From the NCBI GenBank assembly GCA_963800645.1, contig CAWDBX010000004.1:20422-84421 (forward strand): DNA of 64,000 bases, read 5' to 3'. The notes beneath the pieces were generated by a model. That model was not told the DNA's origin. It saw only the letters and a program-made list of their open reading frames with translations, and did no database searches. Below are positions 48,707 through 59,653 of this stretch, one piece after another. The stretch is from an uncultured Bacteroidales bacterium (lineage in GTDB: Bacteria > Bacteroidota > Bacteroidia > Bacteroidales > UBA10428). The number at the start of each line of letters is the position of its first letter. The first letter of the stretch is position 1. Position numbers and translations under genes: made by a program.

Positions 48707-50458
48707 TCAGCGCTTTACTTTTTGTTCCGCTTCTGCCAACTTCTTCTGAAGTTCCGTCATCTGATCCTTTCCTGCAAACTCCAATGCCTGTTTCCAAATA
48801 GCAATGGCTTCCTGATCTTTATTCATTTTCATCAGAATTTCCCCATAATGCAACAGGATCTCGCTATTCTTAGCCCCTCCGTATTGCATCGCCATGCTGA
48901 TATATTTCTTTGCACCCCCTAATTTTCCCATTTTATACAAAACCCATCCATAGGTATCCAGATAGGTCGAATTTTTTGGTTCAGCCTTGATCGTGCTTTT
49001 ACTTAATGTCCTGGCATAACTCAGATTCTTTTCCCTCACTGCCAGATAATAAGCATAATTGTTTCTGATTCCCAAATTATCTTCATCGATATCGAGTGCC
49101 AATTGAAAATTTTCATCCGATTTTTCAAAATTTTCCAACTTCATATAACATTCTGCCAATAAGGAATAAAACTCAATCTTAAGGCTCTCATTGTCTGTTC
49201 GTTTTAAACCACTCTCCAGTCGAATAACCGCCGTTTTATAATCACCGCTCAGATAATTTGCCGATCCACTAAACAAATACGGCAAAGGCTGCTCAGGGAA
49301 ATTCGCCATGGCCAGATAGGAATATTTTAGAACACTGTCCGTATGCTGTGAAGCATTCTCACAATAAATCAATTGTTCGTAAGCCGGATAATTTCTACTG
49401 TCTGCATCAATTATTCTTTTTAAAGCCCCGGCAGATTTCTGATAATTCCCTATTCTGAATTCAATATCCGCATAAACCGACATGGCCCTGACATCGTCAT
49501 TATATTTATTTAAGTACGCACCTACCACCGTATCAATAACGGGTCGCGTCAGCTTAAAAAGCTGATCATCCTGAATAACCTTAAACAAGTACCGTGTTTT
49601 GGAGAAATTATCAATGGCATCTTCCTTCATTCCCTCCAGCATAACGCTGGTTGCAGTATCTATTCTTTGCTGTTCAAGCAGAAATTCCGCGTATGAAAAC
49701 ACCACTACAGCATCGGTTTTGTAGGCCGGATAGATCTTCCGGTAATATAAAAAAGCTGAATCAGGCTTGTTGTACTCTCTGTAAAACTCCGCCAGCATTC
49801 CCAATAACGAGTAATCCTCCTCACTCAGCGACAGTGCAAACTTCAGCTGCTCTTCGGCTCTCTGCTCCAGTTTCATGGAATCATAAATACGGTATTTGCT
49901 CACAGCAGTTTCTTTGGTGGGGCCTACCTTTTGCTCAATTCTGGCCAGGTATTCCAGCGCCTGATCATATTTACCTGTTCTTTCATATAAAGAGGCGATC
50001 ATAAAAATAATCCCTAAACTTTCCGGTTCCTTTTTCAATATTTGCTCATAAACCAGGATTGCACTATCATATTTTTGATCGAGCTGATAAACATTCGCCA
50101 ATTCTTCCAAATACCACTTGTTTTCGGGTGCGAATGTACTCGCTGCTTTTGCATGTTTCTTTGCCAAATTGAGCTCACCAGCCTGTCTGAATATTTTTGC
50201 CAGCTGGAAATGACTGGCACTGCTTTCTGGCTGCAGTTTAATACATTCCTGGTATAAATTTACGGCTTGCGCAAAATTTCCAAAGAGAAATAATTTTGTT
50301 GCCTCACCAAGCGCATAATAATATTCCTGCTCAGGTACGTTATTAACCGACGTTTTTCTCAATGGAATCTCCTGTCCATAAGTTATACCCGCACTACCGA
50401 AACCTGCGATCAGAATAACATAAACCAGCAACAATCTTTTAGTACCTTTCATCAGCAA
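48707..50458 (-). CDS. tetratricopeptide-repeat protein (secreted/periplasmic)
   Basis: Intact 583-aa ORF with a signal peptide and many 34-residue A/Y/L-patterned repeats, for example AVNLYQECIKLQPESSASHFQLAKIFRQAGELNLAKKHAKAA. Confidence 0.75.
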   Translation of the reverse strand: MLMKGTKRLLLVYVILIAGFGSAGITYGQEIPLRKTSVNNVPEQEYYYALGEATKLFLFGNFAQAVNLYQECIKLQPESSASHFQLAKIFRQAGELNLAKKHAKAASTFAPENKWYLEELANVYQLDQKYDSAILVYEQILKKEPESLGIIFMIASLYERTGKYDQALEYLARIEQKVGPTKETAVSKYRIYDSMKLEQRAEEQLKFALSLSEEDYSLLGMLAEFYREYNKPDSAFLYYRKIYPAYKTDAVVVFSYAEFLLEQQRIDTATSVMLEGMKEDAIDNFSKTRYLFKVIQDDQLFKLTRPVIDTVVGAYLNKYNDDVRAMSVYADIEFRIGNYQKSAGALKRIIDADSRNYPAYEQLIYCENASQHTDSVLKYSYLAMANFPEQPLPYLFSGSANYLSGDYKTAVIRLESGLKRTDNESLKIEFYSLLAECYMKLENFEKSDENFQLALDIDEDNLGIRNNYAYYLAVREKNLSYARTLSKSTIKAEPKNSTYLDTYGWVLYKMGKLGGAKKYISMAMQYGGAKNSEILLHYGEILMKMNKDQEAIAIWKQALEFAGKDQMTELQKKLAEAEQKVKR

Positions 50459-50470
50459 TTTTTTTCATTA

Positions 50471-50902
50471 TCAAACTCCCGTATGGCCGAAACCACCATC
50501 ACCTCTGATTGTCGAACCCAATTCCATACTCTCCTCCCATTCAATTCTTTCGTGCCTGGAGATGACCATCTGGCAGATACGCTCCCCATCATTGACCAAA
50601 AAAGGCAGATCCGAATGATTGATCAATATAATACCAATTTCACCGCGGTAATCCGCATCTATAGTTCCGGGACTATTCAGAACGGTAATACCCTTCTTAA
50701 TAGCCAGTCCGCTGCGCGGACGTATTTGTGCTTCGTATCCTTCCGGAAGCTCAATATACAGTCCCGTGCCAATTAAGGCCCGCTCAGAAGGATTCAATGT
50801 CACTGGCTCATCCAGGTTGGCACACAGGTCCATTCCCGCAGAGAGTAATGTACTATACCCAGGCAGTTTATGCTTTGACCGATTTACAATTTTAACTTTC
50901 AT
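50471..50902 (-). CDS. dut: dUTP diphosphatase
   Basis: Intact 143-aa ORF with [41 protein letters not shown] and [10 protein letters not shown]. Confidence 0.93.
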   Translation of the reverse strand: MKVKIVNRSKHKLPGYSTLLSAGMDLCANLDEPVTLNPSERALIGTGLYIELPEGYEAQIRPRSGLAIKKGITVLNSPGTIDADYRGEIGIILINHSDLPFLVNDGERICQMVISRHERIEWEESMELGSTIRGDGGFGHTGV

Positions 50903-52370
50903 CCCTTCTTAAAAAAACTTTTATGAGATTTTCTCTTCTGTTGCAATAAACAACATAAATAAAAACAAAAATAACACCTATACCCATGTTAAAAAAATCA
51001 TTTTTTGTTCGCAGTAAAATACCAAGGGCATATAATCCCAGTGCCAGACCTATATAGAGCACAATATTCCGTACATCATAATTTATCTTATAAATTTTTT
51101 GTCCCAGCGTATAGGTGATGATCAGCATCACAAAATTGCTGCCCAAATGTATCCAGGCACAAGCATTATAACTGTATAAAGGAATGAAAAAGATATTGAG
51201 TACCACAGTAAGCAACGCTCCGACACCGGTGATATAAACCCCGTACATGGTATGCCCCGTGAGTTTATACCACATATTCACATTGAACAACATCCCGACA
51301 AAAACATTGGCCATCAGGACAACCGGCACAATACCCAGTCCTTCATAATAGTCAGCGTCAATAAAATATTTAAAAAAATCAATCCCCAGTGCCACTCCAA
51401 GAAAAATGATCATTAAGAAAATGGTGAAATATTTTAGGACATTACCATAAACCATTCCTGAATCCTTTGCCTTGTACATATTAAAAAAGAACGGTTCCGC
51501 TGCATACCTGAACATTTGCACAAATATGGTCATTAGTACCGCAATACGATAATTGGCCCCATATATTCCCAGTTCATAAAGCGCATTGACATTATCCGGC
51601 AGGAACCTTCTTAACAATATCCTGTCGATGGTCTCATTAAAAATTCCTGCCATCCCCGATATAAGCAGAGGAATTGAATAAGCCAGTAAAGATTTCAGCA
51701 GGGAAAAATCCAAATTCATACTTAGATTCCTGATATCCTTCAGTAAAAAAACAAGAATAAAAAGACTTGCCAGAACGTTCGCTATAAATACATAACCCAC
51801 TTCAATATCCTTCATGTATTCGATGTACCAAAGGCTTTCAGATAAAACCTTTATTGAAGGGATAATTTCAAGGAACAGGAAAACAAAAAAAACAGTCAGG
51901 ATCACGTTGATAATTTTCAGCGTAGCGAAACGTCGTACTTTATTCTCTATCCGAAGCCTGGCGAACATGATGGCGGATACAGCATCCAATGCCAACGTAA
52001 GACCCAAATAAACAATGTATTCAGGATTTCCATGATAACCAATCCATTCCGCAATATCCCGCCTTCCCAAAAAGATGAAAAGCAGGAATGCCAGTGAAGT
52101 AGTTACAACCGATAAGAGCGCCGTGGTATAAACCCTGTTTTTATCCTCAGCATTTATGGAAAATTTAAATAATCCGGTCTCCATGCCATATGTCAGCAAT
52201 ACCATCAATATGGCCACATAGGCATATAATTCCGTGATAATGCCATATTCCTCCACTGAAAAACGGCGTGTGTAATAAACTGTTAAGACGGCATAATTCA
52301 GGATCCTTGGAACAATATTCCCAAGACCGTAGATAATAGCCTGACCGCCTAGTTTTCTGTACTGATTCAA
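50892..52370 (-). CDS. polysaccharide biosynthesis/oligosaccharide flippase family protein (MOP superfamily, Wzx-like)
   Basis: Intact 492-aa ORF with about 12-14 TM helices. The N-terminus [36 protein letters not shown] is typical of this family. Confidence 0.75.
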   Translation of the reverse strand: MNQYRKLGGQAIIYGLGNIVPRILNYAVLTVYYTRRFSVEEYGIITELYAYVAILMVLLTYGMETGLFKFSINAEDKNRVYTTALLSVVTTSLAFLLFIFLGRRDIAEWIGYHGNPEYIVYLGLTLALDAVSAIMFARLRIENKVRRFATLKIINVILTVFFVFLFLEIIPSIKVLSESLWYIEYMKDIEVGYVFIANVLASLFILVFLLKDIRNLSMNLDFSLLKSLLAYSIPLLISGMAGIFNETIDRILLRRFLPDNVNALYELGIYGANYRIAVLMTIFVQMFRYAAEPFFFNMYKAKDSGMVYGNVLKYFTIFLMIIFLGVALGIDFFKYFIDADYYEGLGIVPVVLMANVFVGMLFNVNMWYKLTGHTMYGVYITGVGALLTVVLNIFFIPLYSYNACAWIHLGSNFVMLIITYTLGQKIYKINYDVRNIVLYIGLALGLYALGILLRTKNDFFNMGIGVIFVFIYVVYCNRRENLIKVFLRRDES

Positions 52371-52383
52371 ATTTGCGCCAATT

Positions 52384-53232
52384 CTAAGTTAAAATATCTT
52401 TGAAAGTTGATTCCAAATCCGGAAAGTGAAACCGAAATCCCGATCTTGTCAACGTTTCAGGAATCACCTTCTGCCCCTCTGTCAACAAAACCGCACTCTG
52501 TCCCAAAATTAGCTTAATCATCCACCCATATACCTGAATGGTCAATTTAGGTTTTAATGCAGCATTCAGGGTGGAGAAAAAAACACTCGTATCCACAATT
52601 ACCGGAGCTACAGCATTCACGGTACCGCTTATCTGATGGTTCTGCAGTATATGTTCAAATATCCGGATCAGATCCTTCAGGTGAATAAACGGAAGTCCTT
52701 TGTAAATCCTAATATGAACCCCCACGCCAAATTTTGCCATCCTGAGTATCCTGCCCAATATACCCCCTTCCTTTCCGAGCACAATACCCGCTCTCACAAG
52801 AACCTGACGAATATGGGGATTTCCCAGGTATTGCAGCTGTGATTCCCAGTCCTTGAGTACTTGCGTTAAGAAATTTCGGGAGAACGCAGTACTATCTTCC
52901 CGATGCAGCTGCTGATCGTCATAGATCCCTACAGCCGATATATTCACAAATGCTTTTAAGCGAATATCATACAGATTAACAGCCTCGACCAGCATTTTTG
53001 CCGATTGAATTCTGCTGTTATAGATCCTCTTTTTCTTCCTGACGGTCCATCTGCCCTCAATTGATTCACCAGCCAGATTAATGATAACTTCCACGCTCTC
53101 CAGCTTTTCCTTTAACCTGCCGAGATTAAAATCCTGGCGCGAAATGACAGTCACCTGATGTCCAGAGCTTCTGAAATTATTCACCAGACTTTTTCCTATA
53201 AAACCTGTGGCCCCTGATATGCCTATATTCAT
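52384..53232 (-). CDS. TIGR01777-family NAD-binding epimerase-like protein (YfcH type, DUF1731 C-terminus)
   Basis: Intact 282-aa ORF with the Rossmann motif ISGATGFIGKSL and the C-terminal SGFRFHFPDLESTFKDIL. Confidence 0.75.
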   Translation of the reverse strand: MNIGISGATGFIGKSLVNNFRSSGHQVTVISRQDFNLGRLKEKLESVEVIINLAGESIEGRWTVRKKKRIYNSRIQSAKMLVEAVNLYDIRLKAFVNISAVGIYDDQQLHREDSTAFSRNFLTQVLKDWESQLQYLGNPHIRQVLVRAGIVLGKEGGILGRILRMAKFGVGVHIRIYKGLPFIHLKDLIRIFEHILQNHQISGTVNAVAPVIVDTSVFFSTLNAALKPKLTIQVYGWMIKLILGQSAVLLTEGQKVIPETLTRSGFRFHFPDLESTFKDILT

Positions 53233-53297
53233 AAATTCCGGAATATGTAAAATCTAAATCAAATAATTTATAATTTCACACCCTATAATTGGGTAAA

Positions 53298-53305
53298 TAT
53301 ATTTG
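53298..53305 (+). promoter_or_regulatory. Bacteroidota -7 promoter box (TAnnTTTG) upstream of the PPIase gene
   Basis: tatatttg lies 15 nt upstream of the ATG at 53320. Confidence 0.4.
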
Positions 53306-53319
53306 AAAAACCTGCATAT

Positions 53320-53991
53320 ATGAACAACAATAAATCACTTTTAGTATTATTTGTAATTTTACAACTTACTTTCATGAATACGACAAACATGAGTTCACAG
53401 ACAACCGTTACACTGGAAACCAGTATGGGCAGCATAAAAATCAAGCTTTATGATGAAACACCAAAGCACAAAGCAAACTTTCTAAAACTTGTTCAAGAGG
53501 GTTATTACAATGGTGTTCTTTTTCACCGGGTAATTCCAGCCTTTATGATCCAGACCGGTGATCCCAATTCAAAAAATGCCCGCCCCGGTCAGTCACTTGG
53601 TACCGGTGGTCCCGATTACAAAATACCCGCCGAATTTGTTCCTGCCTACTTTCATAAAAAAGGAGCCCTGGCTGCAGCAAGGCAGTCTGACGAAGTCAAT
53701 CCTCTAAAACAATCTTCCGGCTCTCAGTTCTATATTGTTCAAGGACGCGTTTACAATAACGCTCAGCTCGAATCAATAGTTAGTTCCGGTAAGCACAAAC
53801 CCTTTACTCCCGAACAAATTACCGCCTATACTACCCTTGGCGGCGTTCCTCACCTGGATGATGCCTACACCGTATTTGGTGAAGTTGTGGAAGGTTTTGA
53901 GATCATAGATGATATTGCTGATGTCGCAACCGATCAGCGTAACAGACCCCTGTCCGATATCAAAATTATTAAAGCCTCTATTTCGGAATAA
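53320..53991 (+). CDS. cyclophilin-type peptidyl-prolyl cis-trans isomerase (secreted)
   Basis: Intact 223-aa ORF with a signal peptide, FHRVIPAFMIQTGDP, SQFYIV and VFGEVVEG. Confidence 0.88.
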   Translation: MNNNKSLLVLFVILQLTFMNTTNMSSQTTVTLETSMGSIKIKLYDETPKHKANFLKLVQEGYYNGVLFHRVIPAFMIQTGDPNSKNARPGQSLGTGGPDYKIPAEFVPAYFHKKGALAAARQSDEVNPLKQSSGSQFYIVQGRVYNNAQLESIVSSGKHKPFTPEQITAYTTLGGVPHLDDAYTVFGEVVEGFEIIDDIADVATDQRNRPLSDIKIIKASISE

Positions 53992-54003
53992 CCGTAAAAA
54001 GTA

Positions 54004-55020
54004 ATGATCGATCAAATTGATAAAACTACCAGGGAAATCAACGAATTTCCCATCAGGAACCCGCAGGAGCTGGAAGAATTTCGCCTTCAATTTCTGAGCA
54101 AAAAGGGAATTCTATCCTTACTTTTTCAGCGTTTCAAGGATATTACCGCGGAAGAAAAGAAGATCACCGGCTCCCTGTTAAATCAGCTCAAAGAAATTGC
54201 CCTCCGCAAATACGAACAGAATAAATCCTCGCTTTCTCAGGTTGAAAAAACATTTACCGGTGATCTTACGCTACCGGCTGAACCCATCACGCTGGGCGCA
54301 AGGCATCCGGTTTCCCTTATCCGCAGAGAGATCATTACCGCCTTTTCCAAAATAGGGTTTACCGTGGCTGAGGGACCGGAAATTGAAGACGACTGGCATG
54401 TTTTTACCGGTTTGAATTTCCCCCTTGAACATCCCGCCAGGGATATGCAGGACACTTTCTTTATTGAAAAGAATCCTGATATCGTATTGCGCACCCACAC
54501 TTCTTCTGTTCAGGTAAGGGTAATGGAATTGCATCAGCCTCCCATACGTAAAATATTTCCGGGCCGTGTTTTCAGAAATGAAGCCATCTCAGCAAGAGCT
54601 CATTGCATATTCCACCAGATAGAGGGATTGTACATTGATACCGATGTATCCTTCGCCGATCTTAAACAAACGCTCCTGTTCTTTGCCCGTGAAATGTTTG
54701 GTGAAAAAACACAGATCCGCCTGCGCCCTTCCTTTTTCCCGTTTACCGAACCGTCTGCAGAAATGGATGTATCCTGTACCATTTGCGGCGGAACAGGATG
54801 TAATGTTTGTAAATACACCGGATATCTTGAGATTTTAGGCTGCGGTATGGTGGATCCCACGGTACTTGAAGCTTCCTCCATCAATAGTAAAAAATATACC
54901 GGTTTTGCCTTTGGAATGGGTCTGGAACGAATAGCCATGCTTAAGTATCAGGTAAACGATCTTCGCCTGTACTTTGAAAATGATATCCGATTTCTGGGTC
55001 AATTCAAAAGCGCCTATTAA
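54004..55020 (+). CDS. pheS: phenylalanine--tRNA ligase alpha subunit
   Basis: Intact 338-aa ORF with HPARDMQDTFF, FPGRVFRNEAISARAHCIFHQIEG and GFAFGMGLERIAMLKY. Confidence 0.93.
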   Translation: MIDQIDKTTREINEFPIRNPQELEEFRLQFLSKKGILSLLFQRFKDITAEEKKITGSLLNQLKEIALRKYEQNKSSLSQVEKTFTGDLTLPAEPITLGARHPVSLIRREIITAFSKIGFTVAEGPEIEDDWHVFTGLNFPLEHPARDMQDTFFIEKNPDIVLRTHTSSVQVRVMELHQPPIRKIFPGRVFRNEAISARAHCIFHQIEGLYIDTDVSFADLKQTLLFFAREMFGEKTQIRLRPSFFPFTEPSAEMDVSCTICGGTGCNVCKYTGYLEILGCGMVDPTVLEASSINSKKYTGFAFGMGLERIAMLKYQVNDLRLYFENDIRFLGQFKSAY

Positions 55021-55060
55021 AATTTTTCCCGCTATACCCTTCACACGGAAAACCACGTCC

Positions 55061-56083
55061 TCAGAATCCGAGCGTTAATTCACCGGGTTTGCTTTTTCCC
55101 ATGTGCCTATAAGTTAAAGGCGTAGCTTCTCTTCCTCTGGGAGTTCTTTTCAAAAAACCCTCCTTGATCAGGAAAGGTTCATAGACTTCCTCAATGGTTC
55201 CCGGATCTTCACTTACTGCTGTGGCAATGGTAGTAAGACCAACAGGTCCGCCATTGAATTTTTCCACTATGGCTGACAAGATCTTATTGTCCATTTCATC
55301 CAATCCGTTCTTGTCAATATTCAATGCATCAAGCGCAAATTCAGTTATTTCAATGTTGATTTGTTTCATCCTCTTGACCTGTGCAAAATCCCTCACCCGA
55401 CGAAGCAGAGAATTGGCAATTCTGGGTGTGCCTCTTGACCGGCAGGCAATTTCCTGAGCAGCTTTGTCGGTAATGGCAATTTTCAGCAAATCTGCAGATC
55501 GCCGGACAATACGCTCCAGAATAACCGCATCATAATACTCGAGGTGCAGGTTAATTCCAAACCGCGCTCTTAACGGACTCGAAAGCAGCCCGGCTCTGGT
55601 TGTGGCGCCAATAAGGGTAAACGGATTTAAGTTAAGCTGAACCGATCTCGCGCCTGGTCCTTTGTCAATGATAAGATCGATTTTAAAATCCTCCATGGCG
55701 GCATAAAGGAACTCTTCAACTGCCACATTCAGGCGATGGATCTCATCAATAAACAATACATCATGTGGCTCCAGATTGGTTAAAATACCGGCCAGGTCAC
55801 CTGCCTTTTCTAAAACCGGACCAGAAGTAACCCGGATGGTACTGTTCAATTCATTGCAAATAATGTTGGCCAGGGTTGTTTTTCCCAATCCCGGGGGTCC
55901 CGACAGTATCACATGATCCAGGGCTTCTTCCCGCATCTTTGCTGCTTCAACAAACACCCTGAGATTATCTACCAGCTTTTCCTGCCCGTTAAAATCACTG
56001 AAACTTTTTGGCCGGATACTCTTGTCAATTTCCTTATCCTCTTCAGTAAGAATGTCCCGGCGGATTTCAAAATCATTTTCCAT
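55061..56083 (-). CDS. ruvB: Holliday junction branch migration DNA helicase RuvB
   Basis: Intact 340-aa ORF with Walker [12 protein letters not shown], Walker [10 protein letters not shown] and [18 protein letters not shown]. Confidence 0.95.
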   Translation of the reverse strand: MENDFEIRRDILTEEDKEIDKSIRPKSFSDFNGQEKLVDNLRVFVEAAKMREEALDHVILSGPPGLGKTTLANIICNELNSTIRVTSGPVLEKAGDLAGILTNLEPHDVLFIDEIHRLNVAVEEFLYAAMEDFKIDLIIDKGPGARSVQLNLNPFTLIGATTRAGLLSSPLRARFGINLHLEYYDAVILERIVRRSADLLKIAITDKAAQEIACRSRGTPRIANSLLRRVRDFAQVKRMKQINIEITEFALDALNIDKNGLDEMDNKILSAIVEKFNGGPVGLTTIATAVSEDPGTIEEVYEPFLIKEGFLKRTPRGREATPLTYRHMGKSKPGELTLGF

Positions 56084-56092
56084 ACAGCAAAG

Positions 56093-57664
56093 CTATTCGA
56101 TCAGTTTAATATCATTCACAGCAAATTCCACTTTTTGTCCGTTGATCCGATATTCCTTATTGTCCCGGTAAGTAATGGTGATCAGCAATACTCCGTTTTC
56201 ATCAAACTTCTTCCAGTTCTTTTCACTGATGCCCATCACATAATAGTTAATCTCCTTGATCTGTCCGTTGGGATAATAAAAAACATGTTCACCGTCAGGA
56301 TTACCCTGTACAAAATTACCTTCATACTTTAGTTTGCCGTCACTGTAAAAAGCCTGCCATTTCCCATCCTTAAGATCCCCGACATACTTTCCCTTTTCAG
56401 AATAGTCCCCAACCTTATAGTACCATTCTCCTTCTTTCTGACCATCGAAATAACTTCCCTGAACGATAATCTCGCCAAGGGTATCATATTCAATACAAAG
56501 ACCTTCTTCCTTCCCCTCAAAAAATTCCTCTTCCCGCTTCATATTACCATCTTCGTAGTACCATTTCCACAAACCATTGGTCTTGCCGTTTTTAAAAATG
56601 CCCGATTGTTCAGTTTTACCATGCGGAAAAAAGTAAGTCCAGGTACCTTGCTCCAGATTATTTACAAATTTGCCCTGTGCCCTGATACTTCCATCCCTGT
56701 TAAAATATTTCCAGTCCCCTTCCTTCTTACCATCATTTGTAATGATTCCTTCGCCCAGTTTTGTACCATCATCGTGATAAAGAAAAGCATTGATAACGGC
56801 GCCATTTTTATCAAACATCCGGTGTATTCCAACGGGTATGTTTTCTTTATAGGAACCTGAATAAACAAGATTTCCATCGGCATCAACCTGGTTCCTGATT
56901 TCAATTTCCATGGCCGCCGTATCCTGTTCTTCTATCAGAACTCCCTTGGCATATTGCAGCAGCATACTCACATTACCATTCTCATCATATTCCTTGTAAG
57001 CTCCGGTTATCAAATCATCCTTATAATTAATCTCACTTTTAATTCTTCCGTTGGGATAAAAGGTTTTCCAGACACCCTGTTTTAAGCCCTGGGCATCGAT
57101 CCTGTTCAATCTTTCGCGTTCCACCAGCGTTCCGTTATTAAACCGCTGAATGGTGATCAGTGTTCCGCCTTCATTGTATTCTTTTGAGACACCATGCCGC
57201 TTGTTATTGGCGAAAAGAACCTCCTCCTTGATTTGTCCGTTCGTAAAATAGTAAATCGATTGTCCCTCTCGTTTATCATTGACGTACAACTCCTTTGATA
57301 CAATTTTTCCTCTGTTCATGGGGTCTTTGGCATGCATCACATTGTAACCAAAAGTATATCCGTTTCGCTTTCCCATGACATAATTTACCTTTTGCAGCGT
57401 ATCGCCCGCTTCATTGTAAAAAATCCACACACTATCCAGCAAATGATTTTTGCGGTTTCCTTCGGATTTCATAACCCCCGAAGGAAAATAAGTTTTCCAA
57501 TATCCGTCGGGCTGACCATTGCGCATAAAACCTTCGCTGGATATTTTTCCGTTGGGGTAAAACAATTTATTATACCCATCCTTTACTTCCACTTCCTGTC
57601 CCGTCATACTCTGTAAGGACATCAGTCCGGTGACCAGGAAAAATAAAAGAATTGGCTTCCTCAT
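56093..57664 (-). CDS. secreted MORN-variant/YwqK-like repeat protein
   Basis: Intact 523-aa ORF with a signal peptide and about 20 tandem copies of the G.W..YY.NG....EG.Y..G...G.W pattern, for example GEWYYKVGDYSEKGKYVGDLKDGKWQAFYSDGKLKYEGNFVQGNPDGEHVFYYPNGQ. Confidence 0.7.
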   Translation of the reverse strand: MRKPILLFFLVTGLMSLQSMTGQEVEVKDGYNKLFYPNGKISSEGFMRNGQPDGYWKTYFPSGVMKSEGNRKNHLLDSVWIFYNEAGDTLQKVNYVMGKRNGYTFGYNVMHAKDPMNRGKIVSKELYVNDKREGQSIYYFTNGQIKEEVLFANNKRHGVSKEYNEGGTLITIQRFNNGTLVERERLNRIDAQGLKQGVWKTFYPNGRIKSEINYKDDLITGAYKEYDENGNVSMLLQYAKGVLIEEQDTAAMEIEIRNQVDADGNLVYSGSYKENIPVGIHRMFDKNGAVINAFLYHDDGTKLGEGIITNDGKKEGDWKYFNRDGSIRAQGKFVNNLEQGTWTYFFPHGKTEQSGIFKNGKTNGLWKWYYEDGNMKREEEFFEGKEEGLCIEYDTLGEIIVQGSYFDGQKEGEWYYKVGDYSEKGKYVGDLKDGKWQAFYSDGKLKYEGNFVQGNPDGEHVFYYPNGQIKEINYYVMGISEKNWKKFDENGVLLITITYRDNKEYRINGQKVEFAVNDIKLIE

Positions 57665-57757
57665 AGTACAACTTTTAATGTTCGGTTACTTTTCCATGCA
57701 ATTTTACGATAAATTCACCCATTTCAATGGACAGATGCAAAAAGGATGAACTGTTGC

Positions 57758-58762
57758 CTACAATCCCAGTTTTGCAGAGATATCCAGCATCTTCCGGATA
57801 GACAACTCTGCTCTTGCCCGCAATGTTTCTTCCACCAAGATCTCCGGTACTTCATACTTCAAGCAGGTATATAGCTTTTTGACCGTATTCAGTTTCATAA
57901 AACTGCAGTCGCTGCATCCACAAGTAGAATCTTTTGGCGGGGCAGGAATATATTCCTTGGCAGGATTAGCCTTTCGCATCTGATGAATAATGCCCGATTC
58001 CGTAGCAACAATATACGCTTTCGATTCATCCGTCATGGTATATTTCAATAAGGCAGAAGTGGACCCGATGTAATCGGCAACAATCAGAACAGGTTTTTCG
58101 CATTCGGGATGTGCAATAATTTTTGCCTGCGGATTAAGCTTTTTCAGCTCCAGAATTCGCTCCAGCGAGAAAGCCTCATGAACATGGCACGCTCCGTTCC
58201 ATATCACCATATTTCTTCCGGTAATACCCTGTATGTAATTACCCAGATTTTTGTCCGGTGCAAATACAATATTTTCACTCTCCGGAATACTTTGAATAAT
58301 TTGTACAGCATTGGATGACGTACAGATGATATCCGATAAAGCTTTGATTTCCGCAGTTGTATTCACATAGCTAATTACCTTATATCCGGGATAATTCTTC
58401 AGAAATTCTTTGAAATCATCGGCTTTACAAGAATCTGCCAGTGAACATCCGGCTTTCAGATCAGGCAACAATACTTTTTTATCGGGCGATAAAATCTTTG
58501 CCGTTTCTGCCATAAAATGAACGCCGCAAAACACAATAATATCGGCCTCAGTTTTTGCAGCCTGCTGCGATAAATACAGACTGTCTCCAACAAAGTCAGC
58601 AATTTCCTGAATACTCCCTTCCTGGTAATAATGTGCCAGAATCACCGCATTTTTCTCTTTCCTTAACCTCTTAATTTCGGAAATCAGATCCATGCTTTTA
58701 TCTATTTCGACCTCCAGGAATCCCTTTTTCAACAATTCATTATTATATATATTCTTATTCAT
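57758..58762 (-). CDS. nadA: quinolinate synthase
   Basis: Intact 334-aa ORF with ILAHYYQ, DFVGDSL, VFCGVHFMAETAKIL and ATESGIIH. Confidence 0.93.
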   Translation of the reverse strand: MNKNIYNNELLKKGFLEVEIDKSMDLISEIKRLRKEKNAVILAHYYQEGSIQEIADFVGDSLYLSQQAAKTEADIIVFCGVHFMAETAKILSPDKKVLLPDLKAGCSLADSCKADDFKEFLKNYPGYKVISYVNTTAEIKALSDIICTSSNAVQIIQSIPESENIVFAPDKNLGNYIQGITGRNMVIWNGACHVHEAFSLERILELKKLNPQAKIIAHPECEKPVLIVADYIGSTSALLKYTMTDESKAYIVATESGIIHQMRKANPAKEYIPAPPKDSTCGCSDCSFMKLNTVKKLYTCLKYEVPEILVEETLRARAELSIRKMLDISAKLGL

Positions 58763-59183
58763 AATTTTAAAAATAACTGATATTAATAATAGCTTGTTAA
58801 TAGTGTTAAAAAAAACACTTCAAATTTCTTGACATTTCGGATTCTACTGGTTTATGAACAATTTATAACAGGTATTATTAATAATTTCTCTTTGAAAATA
58901 AGCGTTTTCCACATTTATTAACCAATGGTTGATAAACATTCCTGTACAAAATTACAGAGAAAATCAATGCCTGCAATATGTTGGAGAACTGTTAAAATAC
59001 AAATAAAAAATTTTGAAAAAGATCATCACTTTTTCGCTTTTCAACAAATCATGGTCAAAAATCCTGCCACCCCTGAAAATATTTACAATTTATGAATAGA
59101 ATATTAACAACTATCTAACAAAATTGAAATCCGGATATTTAAACCTTTTGATGAAAATATCGTGCATTCAGGGGCAAATTCTT

Positions 59184-59191
59184 TATATTTG
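59184..59191 (+). promoter_or_regulatory. Bacteroidota -7 promoter box (TAnnTTTG) upstream of rpiB
   Basis: tatatttg lies 25 nt upstream of the ATG at 59216. Confidence 0.4.
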
Positions 59192-59215
59192 TCCTGATAA
59201 AATCCAATAATAACC

Positions 59216-59644
59216 ATGAATTTAGCAATAGCTTGCGATCATGCCGGTTATGAAATGAAGGAGAAGTTAATCAGCTACCTGCAGGAGAAGGGGCATAAGA
59301 TTAGCGATTTGGGAAGTTTTACGGATAAAGCGGTTGATTATCCCGAGTTTGGACACAAAATTGCCAGGCATGTGGCAGGAAAAAAATCGGATTTTGGGAT
59401 TTCTTTATGCGGCAGTGGAAATGGAATAAGCATGACTGCCAATAAACATCCCCTGATCCGGTCAGCACTCTGTTGGAATGAAGAAATAGCCGAGCTGGCC
59501 AGGAGACACAATAATGCAAATATTTGTTCACTTCCTGCCCGGTTCATTACCTTTGAACAAGCCGTTAAAATTGTTGAAGTTTTCCTGAATTCCCCTTTTG
59601 ATGGTGGCAGGCACCTTCGTAGAATTGACAAAATCCCCATATAA
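59216..59644 (+). CDS. rpiB: ribose 5-phosphate isomerase B
   Basis: Intact 142-aa ORF with IAIACDHAGYEMKEKL, LCGSGNGISMTANKHPLIRSALC and RHNNANICSLPARF. Confidence 0.92.
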   Translation: MNLAIACDHAGYEMKEKLISYLQEKGHKISDLGSFTDKAVDYPEFGHKIARHVAGKKSDFGISLCGSGNGISMTANKHPLIRSALCWNEEIAELARRHNNANICSLPARFITFEQAVKIVEVFLNSPFDGGRHLRRIDKIPI

Positions 59645-59653
59645 GTATCATTT

